Source: Clostridia bacterium
Lineage (GTDB): Bacteria; Bacillota; Clostridia; Oscillospirales; CAG-272
Length of the DNA stretch: 24,000 nt
Assembly: GCA_017466445.1 (NCBI GenBank)
Contig: JAFTUC010000019.1
Coordinates: 1 to 24,000 of the forward strand
Direction: 5' to 3'
Positions 1 through 7,694 of the stretch are shown piece by piece. Below the pieces are notes generated by a model that saw only the letters and a list, made by a program, of their open reading frames with translations, searched no databases and was not told the origin of the DNA. Position numbers and translations under genes: made by a program. Each line of letters starts with the position of its first letter. The stretch's first letter is position 1.

Positions 1-752
1 AGACTAACTGCTAATTCATCAAGGTAATCAATGTGTCCGTGATTTGCACCGTATAGAGTAACATAACCGTCTTTTTCTGCAGTGATGTCTTGTCCCATAA
101 AAACAACTCGTTCGCCTTTTTTGAGGTACTGCTTGTGTCCGTTTTTCATTAGGTCATTATACTCATCTACAGCCGATTGATAATACTCCTCAAACAGTTG
201 CTTTGCTTTTTCGATATTACCGAGATAACCGTAAACCATGCATTCTTCCAAAGAAATAAGATGATCCATATTATCTAACAACGGATATTCCTTTCTATGT
301 GCAAGGATAGCATCTCGGCTATTCAAGATTTCATATGCGGGCAAAACATATTGATCAATTTCTTCAATAATGCTTTTTATAATTTTGTCTGTCTTCTTGT
401 GAAGGTCATACCAAGTTTCCTGCTTGCCGCTAACGATTCCTAATCGTGAGCGAATTGTACACTCATACTCGTGGTAGTATTTTTTCTTTTCTGCTTGGGG
501 TTGAAACGTTCTTTCGGAACATTCCGGAATACGAATTCCCAAATTCACACAAAGGAGTCCGCTCATTCCATGCGAAGGCATACCGCTTTGAAAATGAATG
601 ACTTGCGAAATATCTTCCGAAACGAAACGGTGAAGTGTGCGCCCGTGTTTTTTGAACCCATACGGTTTAATGTGTTCATATACCGTTGCTTCAATTTCAT
701 CAACAATTTGAGTTGTATTGATTTCAGTTTTCTTTTTCAAAAAATCTAACAT
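1..752 (-). CDS. DUF4304-domain-like protein, 3' end truncated by the window edge
   Basis: Open minus-strand frame from ATG at 752 to the window edge, not in the ORF track because it runs off the end. Manual translation begins MLDFLKKKTEINTTQIVDEIEATVYEHIKPYGFKKHGRTLHRFVSEDISQVIHFQSGMPSHGMSGLLCVNLGIRIPECS. The GFKKHGRTLHR...FQ...LCVNLGI pattern resembles DUF4304. GGAGC ribosome-binding site upstream. Confidence 0.72.
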   Translation of the reverse strand, partial: MLDFLKKKTEINTTQIVDEIEATVYEHIKPYGFKKHGRTLHRFVSEDISQVIHFQSGMPSHGMSGLLCVNLGIRIPECSERTFQPQAEKKKYYHEYECTIRSRLGIVSGKQETWYDLHKKTDKIIKSIIEEIDQYVLPAYEILNSRDAILAHRKEYPLLDNMDHLISLEECMVYGYLGNIEKAKQLFEEYYQSAVDEYNDLMKNGHKQYLKKGERVVFMGQDITAEKDGYVTLYGANHGHIDYLDELAVS

Positions 753-819
753 TTTACCACGCTCCTTTCTTTACATCATAACCGATTGCAACTATTCCTT
801 TTCACGCTTTCTCCATTGT

Positions 820-838
820 GTGTTGCAAAAGTGTTGCA
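820..838. repeat. Short direct repeat GTGTTGCA-aaa-GTGTTGCA
   Basis: Two copies of GTGTTGCA (820-827 and 831-838), 11-bp period. Confidence 0.6.
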
Positions 839-866
839 GAAGCATTTTCCTAAATTGCATAAATGA

Positions 867-897
867 CCGAAAGCCCTGTATTTGCAAGGGCTTTCGG
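867..897 (-). terminator. Strong stem-loop, possible terminator of the four-helix-bundle gene
   Basis: Perfect 11-bp stem CCGAAAGCCCT / AGGGCTTTCGG with 9-nt loop, just 3' of the minus-strand gene ending at 914. The U tract is weak. Confidence 0.55.
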
Positions 898-913
898 GAA
901 TTTGTAAGCCGGT

Positions 914-1267
914 TTATTGTTTTGATTTTATAGTTGTAACAGTCGAAACTAACATTCTGCGAAGTTCAATACACGCACTTTGCATTTTATTAAACTCATT
1001 TTCACTAATTGAGTTAGTTTCATAAAGAAGCTCAAGCCAGTATTCGCTCTCGTTACATTCTTTTAGTGCTATTTCAAATTTAGAAATAAAATCCTTTGTA
1101 CCTTGTGCATACTGCGCTTCGTGAACGTTTGCACCAACCGACGTGCCACTTTTAAGCAACTGATTGATTAAAACGCCTTCTATTCTGTTTTCTCTTAACT
1201 GTCTGCAAAGAAAAACGATATCTTTGGCAAATGCTTTTGATTTATCTCTCAAAATACTGTCTGCCAT
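914..1267 (-). CDS. Four-helix-bundle protein (23S rRNA-intervening-sequence / S23 family, Avd-like fold)
   Basis: 117 aa; KSKAFAKDIVFLCRQL...LLKSGTSVGANVHEAQYAQGTKDFISKFEIALKECNESEYWLELL is the hallmark pattern of the family. AAAGGAG ribosome-binding site upstream on the minus strand. Confidence 0.93.
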   Translation of the reverse strand: MADSILRDKSKAFAKDIVFLCRQLRENRIEGVLINQLLKSGTSVGANVHEAQYAQGTKDFISKFEIALKECNESEYWLELLYETNSISENEFNKMQSACIELRRMLVSTVTTIKSKQ

Positions 1268-1283
1268 AGTTTTTCTCCTTTTT

Positions 1284-1441
1284 AGTTATGAGTTTAGAGT
1301 TATGAGAGTTCTTCGCACTCGTTATGATATGATTGCCTCGTTCCTTCAACTGCACCGAAGGTGCATTATAACTTGGCGAAGCCAACCATAACTCATAACT
1401 TGCCCAAAGGGCAATCATAGTTGATTTTGCTTTGCAAAATC
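1284..1441. repeat. Array of mini-hairpins with 3-nt loops and AGTTAT/ATAACT linkers
   Basis: Perfect stem-loops TGCACC-GAA-GGTGCA (1351-1365), TTGGC-GAA-GCCAA (1373-1385), TTGCCC-AAA-GGGCAA (1400-1414), GATTTTGC-TTT-GCAAAATC (1423-1441), plus weaker GAGT-TCTTCGC-ACTC (1306-1320). AGTTATGAG at 1284-1292 and 1298-1306, inverted copy CTCATAACT at 1392-1400. Confidence 0.9.
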
Positions 1442-2729
1442 ACTCCCACTCGATCGTGGCTACGGGCTTAGGTGACAGGTCGTAAAGCACGCGGTTTACG
1501 CCGGAAACCTCGTTTAAGATGCGGTTTGTGATCTTGTGGAGAATAGCGTAGTCGATCTCCTCGATAGAGGCAGTCATTGCATCAACAGTATTGACCGCGC
1601 GTATGATGACAGGCCAGTCGTAGCATCTTGCGTTGTCTCTTACTCCTACCGAACGGAAATCGGGAATTGCCGTGAAATACTGCCATACCTTGCCGGCAAG
1701 ACCGTTTTTCGCAAATTCCTCGCGAAGGATAGCGTCAGACTCGCGTACCGCCTCGAGACGGTCACGGGTTATGGCACCGAGGCAACGAACTCCGAGTCCT
1801 GGACCGGGGAAGGGCTGACGGTAGACCATACTGTCGGGGAGTCCGAGAGCCGCGCCGCAGGCACGAACTTCGTCCTTGAAGAGCATCTTGAGAGGCTCTA
1901 CGAGCTCGAATTTAAGATCGTCGGGAAGTCCGCCGACGTTGTGGTGAGCCTTGACCGCCTTTGCGGTCTTGGTTCCGCTCTCGATGATGTCGGGATAGAT
2001 AGTTCCCTGGGCGAGGAAGGAGATTCCGTCGAGCTTTCTTGCTTCTTCCTCGAATACGCGAATGAATTCTGCGCCGATGATCTTTCTCTTCTGCTCGGAG
2101 TCTGCAACGCCTGCGAGCTTGTCGAGGAAGCGGTCGGTAGCGTCAACGTAAACGAGATTTGCGCCGAGCTCCTTGCCGAATACGCTTACTACCTGCTCGG
2201 GCTCGCCCTTTCTGAGAAGACCGTGGTTTACGTGTACGCAGGTGAGCTTGTTTCCGATAGCCTTGATAAGGAGAGCGGCAACGACAGACGAGTCAACTCC
2301 GCCCGAGAGAGCGAGAAGCACCTTTCCGTCTCCCACCTGTCTGCGGATGAGCTCGACCTGGTCGTTTATAAAGTTTTCCATATTCCAGTTTGCCTCGGCT
2401 TTGCATTTGTTGAATACGAAGTCGGAAAGAAGAGCCTTTCTTTCGTTTTGATCCGCAGGGAAACAGGGAGCACCTTTGTGATCGAAGGCTAAGACGGGGA
2501 TGCTGCTTGAATATACAGCCTCGGAGGCGTCTATCTCGATACCGTTAACGACTCTGTTTGCACCGCCGTTCAAAATAATTCCCTTTACGTTGGGAAGCGC
2601 ATCAAGAGCGTTCTTTGTAATATCGTGGGGGTGTATCTCCGAGTAAACTCCGAGATCGCGGATCTCGCGCGCGAGCATTGCGTTTTGTTCGCTTCCGAGG
2701 TCGATGATAAGAATCATATCCTGTTGCAT
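1440..2729 (-). CDS. guaA: GMP synthase, intact ATP-pyrophosphatase/dimerisation domains, truncated/degenerate N-terminal glutaminase domain
   Basis: C-terminal part has LLALSGGVDSSVVAALL, CVHVNHGLLRKGE, RQPFPGPGLGVR, and ends in ATIEWE. Start assigned at ATG 2729 (MQQDMILIIDLGS) with AAAGGA ribosome-binding site, not at the ORF-track start 3257. About 429 aa. Confidence 0.93.
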   Translation of the reverse strand: MQQDMILIIDLGSEQNAMLAREIRDLGVYSEIHPHDITKNALDALPNVKGIILNGGANRVVNGIEIDASEAVYSSSIPVLAFDHKGAPCFPADQNERKALLSDFVFNKCKAEANWNMENFINDQVELIRRQVGDGKVLLALSGGVDSSVVAALLIKAIGNKLTCVHVNHGLLRKGEPEQVVSVFGKELGANLVYVDATDRFLDKLAGVADSEQKRKIIGAEFIRVFEEEARKLDGISFLAQGTIYPDIIESGTKTAKAVKAHHNVGGLPDDLKFELVEPLKMLFKDEVRACGAALGLPDSMVYRQPFPGPGLGVRCLGAITRDRLEAVRESDAILREEFAKNGLAGKVWQYFTAIPDFRSVGVRDNARCYDWPVIIRAVNTVDAMTASIEEIDYAILHKITNRILNEVSGVNRVLYDLSPKPVATIEWE

Positions 2730-2919
2730 ATAGGTTGTTCCTTTCTGCCCGTAAGTTGGGCTTAAAAATAGATTTTTTATATAAAAGACCGTATTCCTGC
2801 CGATTTTTTCGGAAAGGATGCGATATTTTGCGTTTTGTGACGGGTACGCATGATTTTTGTGCTTTTGACCAAGCTCTCTTGAATATAGTATAACTGTACT
2901 AAAAAAAGGAGGGATGACT

Positions 2920-3609
2920 GTGAGAGAGTCAGATCTTAGAAGAAGAGAAAGGATCCGCTCCTTTTTCGCCTCTGTGAAGCGATCATTAATGAAAAGAAGG
3001 AGAGACAGACGCTTTCTTTGGCGGATCGCCGTAATTCTTTTGTGCGTAGCTACTGTTTTTGTCAGCACCGTGGGAATATACAAAAGGTGCGCTCCGATAG
3101 CGCTCGGTGCGCTCGAAAACACGGTGAGCGCGTGGCTTGAGGAGATCGTTAACGAGACCGTGAGAGGTGAGCTTGAGTCCAAAAAATACAGATGGGATGA
3201 TTTCTGCATCAAGAATATCGGTGCTGACGGAAGCGTATCGTCGATAAGCATAGACACGTCAAAGGTGAGCGTGCTCTGCTCGGACCTCGTATCTCAAATA
3301 AATAAGGAGATACGGTCGAGGGGACACGTGACGATAAGAATTCCGATAGGAAACGCGATAGCCCCGAAATATCTGTCGGGCAGAGGCTTCAAGGTGAAGA
3401 TACGCGCGTTTCCGTACGTTTCTGTAAGTGCAAGCGTGACAAGCGACATAAAGGAGGCGGGTATAAATCAGATCCTGCACAGTATGAAGGTCTGTGTGAG
3501 ATCGAGCGTTGTGGCTGTCTGTATGTCGGATAGCGTCAGCTTTGTAAACGAAACTAAGGTGATGATAGCCGAGTCACTCGTTGTCGGAAATATTCCGATC
3601 GTGACTTAG
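2920..3609 (+). CDS. yunB: Sporulation protein YunB
   Basis: N-terminal basic segment plus a single TM helix (FLWRIAVILLCVATVFVSTVG), then RGHVTIRIPIGNAIAPKYLSGRGFKVKIRAFP and GINQILHSM typical of YunB. GGAGGG directly abuts the ATG at 2914, so the in-frame GTG at 2920 is the better start. Confidence 0.87.
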   Translation: MRESDLRRRERIRSFFASVKRSLMKRRRDRRFLWRIAVILLCVATVFVSTVGIYKRCAPIALGALENTVSAWLEEIVNETVRGELESKKYRWDDFCIKNIGADGSVSSISIDTSKVSVLCSDLVSQINKEIRSRGHVTIRIPIGNAIAPKYLSGRGFKVKIRAFPYVSVSASVTSDIKEAGINQILHSMKVCVRSSVVAVCMSDSVSFVNETKVMIAESLVVGNIPIVT

Positions 3610-5198
3610 GACGGGGAAATCTCCTTTGAAAGGAAGTATTCGTAGGAGTCGACGAGAGCGATGAAGCTGGCCTCGATTATATCGCAGGATACGCCTATCG
3701 TCGAAAATGATGACGTCGAGTCGGAGGAGTCGATAAGAACTCTTACCTTTGAGTCGGTGTTCTTTCCGAGATCGATAACGCGTACCTTGTAGTCGTTGAG
3801 ATGCATGAGATCGACCTGCGGATAAAACGCGTGCAGAGCCTTTCTGAGCGCTCCGTCGATAGCGTTGACCGGACCGTTTCCGTCGGCACAGGAGAGCTCG
3901 GTCTTACCGCCTACCTCGATCTTTATCATTGCGCTCGCCTGCTGCTCTCCGTCGGGAGCGGGGAAGTCGTCGTTAGACTTGTACATTATGACCCTGAAGG
4001 GTGATTTCCAAAGCCCGAGCTCCTTCTTTATAAGCAGCTCGAAGCTTGCGCTTGCACTTTCGTACTGATATCCCTCGAATTCACGCTCCTTGAGTCTTGC
4101 GGTAATAAGCTCGACCTCGGGCGAGGATTTTGTCAGATCGGGGATCAGATGACCGAGCTCGGCAAGTATCGTGCTCCGCCCGGATACCTCGCTGACGAGA
4201 TATTTTCTCGAATTTCCGACCGCCTCGGGAGGAATGTGCTCGAAAGAGGACGGACATTTCTGTACTGCGTCTATGTGCATGCCACCCTTGTGGGCAAAGG
4301 CGCATTTTCCTACGTACGGATGCGTGTGGCGAAGTCTTACGTTGGAGATCTCCGCGATCTGCTTTGCGGTCAGGCGAAGGCTTCTGAGATCTACCTCGCA
4401 GTCCATGCCGCATTTTATCGTAAGAGCGGGCATTATAGCCGAGAGATCGGCGTTTCCGCATCTTTCACCGAAGCCGATGAAGGTACCTTGCACCTGGCAT
4501 GCGCCCGCGAGGACCGCCGCGATCGAGTTGGCTACCGCGCACGCGCAGTCGTCGTGACAGTGTATGGACAGACGCGAGTCGGGGAATCTTTTTGATATTT
4601 CGGACACCACAGAGGAGATATCGTGCGGAAGAGTTCCGCCGTTCGTGTCGCAAAGAGTCAGCACGTCCACACCTGCCGATACCGAAGCGCTCAGGCAGGA
4701 GAGCGCATAATCGGAGTCCTCAAAATACCCGTCGAAGAAATGCTCGGCATCGAAGATGACCTCCTTGCCGCAGGATTTCAGGTAAGAGACGCTTTTTTTT
4801 ATGTATGTAAGATTTTTTTCGGGAGTTATGCCGAGAATATCGATGACCTGGCTCTTGCGGCATTTTGCGACTATGGCGACCGCGTCCGTTCCCGATGCCA
4901 AAAGAGCGCGTATCCCGGGATCGTTTTCGGGATCCTCCGATCTTGCCGTGCTTCCGAAGGCACAGAGCGTCGCGTTTTTGAGCTTTACATCCTTCATTTC
5001 TTCAAAGACCTTAAGGTCCTTGGGATTGGAAAAGGGATTGCCCGCTTCGATGTATCTGACGCCGAAGCCGTCGAGCAGGGATATTATTTTTTTCTTGTCG
5101 TTAATCGAAAATGAGATGCCCTCGCTCTGAGAACCGTCGCGGAGAGTGGAGTCATATATCTCGATCTTGCGCGGAAGTGATTTGCTTTCGGTGTACAT
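3606..5198 (-). CDS. cimA: Citramalate synthase
   Basis: 530 aa; IEIYDSTLRDGSQSEGISFSINDK, RYIEAGNPFSNPKD, LCDTNGGTLPHDI, SIHCHDDCACAVANS, HMHIDAVQK-type pattern (GGMHIDAVQKCPSSFEHIPPEAVGNSRKYLVSEVSGRS), C-terminal LeuA dimer region. Confidence 0.93.
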   Translation of the reverse strand: MYTESKSLPRKIEIYDSTLRDGSQSEGISFSINDKKKIISLLDGFGVRYIEAGNPFSNPKDLKVFEEMKDVKLKNATLCAFGSTARSEDPENDPGIRALLASGTDAVAIVAKCRKSQVIDILGITPEKNLTYIKKSVSYLKSCGKEVIFDAEHFFDGYFEDSDYALSCLSASVSAGVDVLTLCDTNGGTLPHDISSVVSEISKRFPDSRLSIHCHDDCACAVANSIAAVLAGACQVQGTFIGFGERCGNADLSAIMPALTIKCGMDCEVDLRSLRLTAKQIAEISNVRLRHTHPYVGKCAFAHKGGMHIDAVQKCPSSFEHIPPEAVGNSRKYLVSEVSGRSTILAELGHLIPDLTKSSPEVELITARLKEREFEGYQYESASASFELLIKKELGLWKSPFRVIMYKSNDDFPAPDGEQQASAMIKIEVGGKTELSCADGNGPVNAIDGALRKALHAFYPQVDLMHLNDYKVRVIDLGKNTDSKVRVLIDSSDSTSSFSTIGVSCDIIEASFIALVDSYEYFLSKEISPS

Positions 5199-5220
5199 TT
5201 CGTGATTCCTTTAAAAATTA

Positions 5221-6063
5221 TTATGATTTACTGTTCCAACGTTCGTAGTAGAACAGATATTGCTGCGCTATTCCCGCGTTGTTTCCGAATGATGTGATGT
5301 CAAATCCGTTCGGATAATATTTCGCAAAGACCTTTCTGACCCATACGTCTATCGGAAATGCGTCGGGCTTGTCAAATCCGAAGAGAAGGGCACAGGATGC
5401 GACCTTCGGACCGACACCCTTTATCTTCATAAGCTCCGAAAGAGCCTCTGCGGTCGGTAGAGAAGCGATACTGTCAAGATCGATCTCGCCCGAGGCGACC
5501 TTTTCGGCGGCGTCACTTATGTATTTTGCGCGAAATCCGGTACGAAGCTCGAATATCGCGTCGGTTCCCGCGAGCGCGAGAGCCTCTGCGGACGGGAATG
5601 AATAGAATACCCTTCCGTCCTTCTCTATCGGCTCGCCGTAGCGCTCGGAAAGAGCGTTTATTATCTTTTTTATTCTCGGAATGTTATTATTTTGGGAGAT
5701 TATAAAGGAGCAGAGAGCCTCCCAAGGATCCTGACGGAGTATCCTTATGCCCTTTCCGTATATAGCGGCATTTTTAAGAACCTCGTCGTCTCCCGAGGTA
5801 AAGAAGGAATTTATCTTTTTGTAATCGATATCGAGCGCGAGATATCTTCTCCAGATGCTTTCAAATTCGTCGAGCGTGCAGTCGAGAGTTATCGCGCCGT
5901 CCTCTTGAGAGAGGGTAAGAGCTCTTTTGTGCGCGATGCCGAAGACCGTGTTTTCCGAGACCTTGTCGAATCTGAAGGTCTGACCGCAGTCAAACGTCTG
6001 CGAGATGTCGAAAAAATCCTCGTCCTCGATACGTACAGAGCTTTTGAGATCGATTATACGCAC
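5221..6063 (-). CDS. OGG-type 8-oxoguanine DNA glycosylase / DNA-3-methyladenine glycosylase 2 family
   Basis: HhH-GPD signature: FDCGQTFRF, PWEALCSFIISQNNNIPRIKKII, LMKIKGVGPKVASCALLFGF, catalytic Lys and downstream Asp (FPIDVWVRK). Likely GTG start at 6063 preceded by AAAGGA. Confidence 0.9.
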   Translation of the reverse strand: MRIIDLKSSVRIEDEDFFDISQTFDCGQTFRFDKVSENTVFGIAHKRALTLSQEDGAITLDCTLDEFESIWRRYLALDIDYKKINSFFTSGDDEVLKNAAIYGKGIRILRQDPWEALCSFIISQNNNIPRIKKIINALSERYGEPIEKDGRVFYSFPSAEALALAGTDAIFELRTGFRAKYISDAAEKVASGEIDLDSIASLPTAEALSELMKIKGVGPKVASCALLFGFDKPDAFPIDVWVRKVFAKYYPNGFDITSFGNNAGIAQQYLFYYERWNSKS

Positions 6064-6089
6064 TGTATTTAAATCCTTTCTTTTAGCAC

Positions 6090-6833
6090 TCAGGTGAACA
6101 GTCCGCCGTTTACGCCGAGGATCTGACCCGTAATGAATGAAGATGAATCGGAAGCGAGAAAATATACGGCGTTTGCGATATCGACATCGGTGGCATTTCT
6201 GCAAAGGGGAGTGTCCGCGGCAAGAGATTCGAGCACTTCGCTTCCGAGCGATCTTGTCATGTCGGTCTCGACAACACCGGGAGAAACGCAGTTTACACGT
6301 ATTCCCGACGGACCGAGCTCCTTGGCAAGTGCCTTGGTCATGCCTATAAGGGAAGCCTTGGACATTGAATATATGACCTCGCACGAGCCGCCGACCTCAC
6401 CCCACATGGAGGATACAGTGACGATGCTTCCGCTTTTTTTTGATATCATTTGCGGAATGAATGCTTTTGCTACAAGAAATGCGCCCCTGACGTTCGTATC
6501 CATCACGCGGTCATATTCCTGCTCGCTCACATCTTGAAAAAGCCCGTAGGAGGCAACGCCTGCGTTGAGAACGAGAGTGTCGATCCCTCCGATAGCCTCG
6601 GAGGCTTTGATAAGTCTTGATATCTCGTCGCTTTTTGAGACGTCCGCCTTTACGGTATCGACGCTCCTTGCGCCGAGCGACAGGCACTCCGAGGCAAGCG
6701 AAAGAGCTTCCTTCTCGGAATTTTTATAATTTATGATAACAGAGGAGCCCGCTGAAGCGAAGCGCCTGGCGCAAGCACTTCCGATGCCCCTTGATGCGCC
6801 CGTTATAAGAACTCTTTTCGGCGTGTCTGACAT
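6090..6833 (-). CDS. SDR family oxidoreductase (3-oxoacyl-ACP reductase FabG-like)
   Basis: GASRGIGSA cofactor motif, NAGVA, S...YSMSKAS catalytic residues (YxxxK), RVNCVSPGVVETDM, ITGQILGVNGG. Start taken at internal Met (MSDTPKRVLITGAS); the ORF extends to 6851. Confidence 0.88.
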   Translation of the reverse strand: MSDTPKRVLITGASRGIGSACARRFASAGSSVIINYKNSEKEALSLASECLSLGARSVDTVKADVSKSDEISRLIKASEAIGGIDTLVLNAGVASYGLFQDVSEQEYDRVMDTNVRGAFLVAKAFIPQMISKKSGSIVTVSSMWGEVGGSCEVIYSMSKASLIGMTKALAKELGPSGIRVNCVSPGVVETDMTRSLGSEVLESLAADTPLCRNATDVDIANAVYFLASDSSSFITGQILGVNGGLFT

Positions 6834-6968
6834 AAGCAAACTCTCCCCCACTATCTTTTATAAATGATATTTTATCATAAAAATATTTTAATTACAATAA
6901 TTTTGAGATGACATTTTGCCGATTTTTTAAAGAAATATTTATTTTTTTTGTAAAAAACGCACTTTCTA

Positions 6969-6997
6969 TTGAAAAGTCGGTCGATCCGTGATATAAT
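6969..6997 (+). promoter_or_regulatory. Sigma-A-type promoter for the DUF1292 gene
   Basis: TTGAAA (6969-6974), 17-bp spacer, TATAAT (6992-6997). Confidence 0.8.
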
Positions 6998-7027
6998 TTA
7001 TAAAAAAACGAAGGAAGGTTACTTTTA

Positions 7028-7417
7028 ATGATAGTAAACATTAAGGAGATATATGAAAGACTTTGCGACAGCGAGGATTGGGATCCTATAGTTTTTGAGA
7101 ATCACCGAGGACAGAAGCTCTGCTTTGAGCAGGTGGCGACTCTCGATTACGAGGGCGAGCATTACGCATATCTTTATGAGATCGACGAGCACGGCGAGCA
7201 CGTACACGATTTCCCCGCAGTGCTCGTTCTTGACGATGAAAACAAGACTCTTGATTTCGTTACCGACAACAAGCTCGTCGAGGACATATCCTACGAGGTC
7301 GTCCGCATGCGCAGAGGAAACGGCGAGGACGGGGAGACAGATGAGCTTTATGACGAAGATCCCGACGCGGACGAGTTCTACGATATGGATGAGGAAATAG
7401 AAGACGAGAATCTCTAA
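7028..7417 (+). CDS. DUF1292 domain-containing acidic protein
   Basis: 129 aa; DENKTLDFVTDNKLVEDISYEVV... acidic tail, consistent with DUF1292; AAGGAAGG ribosome-binding site upstream. Confidence 0.7.
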   Translation: MIVNIKEIYERLCDSEDWDPIVFENHRGQKLCFEQVATLDYEGEHYAYLYEIDEHGEHVHDFPAVLVLDDENKTLDFVTDNKLVEDISYEVVRMRRGNGEDGETDELYDEDPDADEFYDMDEEIEDENL

Positions 7418-7504
7418 GGCTTCTGTCAGTTTAGCAATTTATTTGCTTAAATGACAAGATAACGTGCGTTTACATAGTGACTAAGTTTGACAAATTCAAT
7501 ATTT

Positions 7505-7531
7505 TTAGCACTCTAACGCAAAGAGTGCTAA
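7505..7531 (+). promoter_or_regulatory. CIRCE element (HrcA operator)
   Basis: TTAGCACTC - N9 (taacgcaaa) - GAGTGCTAA, perfect consensus match upstream of hsp20. Confidence 0.97.
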
Positions 7532-7595
7532 CTATTTACATTTAGGAAATAAAATATACTTTTTTCGTTAACAACTTCGGAGTAGAATAATAATG

Positions 7596-7663
7596 TCCCG
7601 AGGGGCGATGACCACAAGGATCCACGGTCGGTCGCCCGAACGAATAATAATATCAAAACGGGA
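7596..7663 (+). promoter_or_regulatory. Predicted structured 5'UTR of hsp20
   Basis: Nested pairings: TCCCG 7596-7600 / CGGGA 7659-7663; GGGCGA 7603-7608 / TCGCCC 7632-7637; GACC 7610-7613 / GGTC 7626-7629. Confidence 0.5.
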
Positions 7664-7694
7664 TAAAATATTAAAAAACACGGAGGAAAAAACG

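Noticed and set aside
1284-1441. CRISPR array
   Set aside because: Units are short self-complementary hairpins with different stems and short AT linkers; no constant 24-40 bp repeat, no spacers, and no cas genes nearby.
1536-2492. 318-aa plus-strand ORF
   Set aside because: Antisense shadow of guaA; no recognisable domains, low-complexity Asp/Glu/Leu composition typical of antisense frames.
2730-3257. N-terminal extension of the 605-aa guaA ORF
   Set aside because: The extension has no GuaA similarity, overlaps yunB on the other strand, and a good ribosome-binding site plus ATG exists at 2729.
7425-7455. Terminator after the DUF1292 gene
   Set aside because: Imperfect palindrome GTCAGTTTAGCAA...TTGCTTAAATGAC with mismatches and no T run; not strong enough to call.
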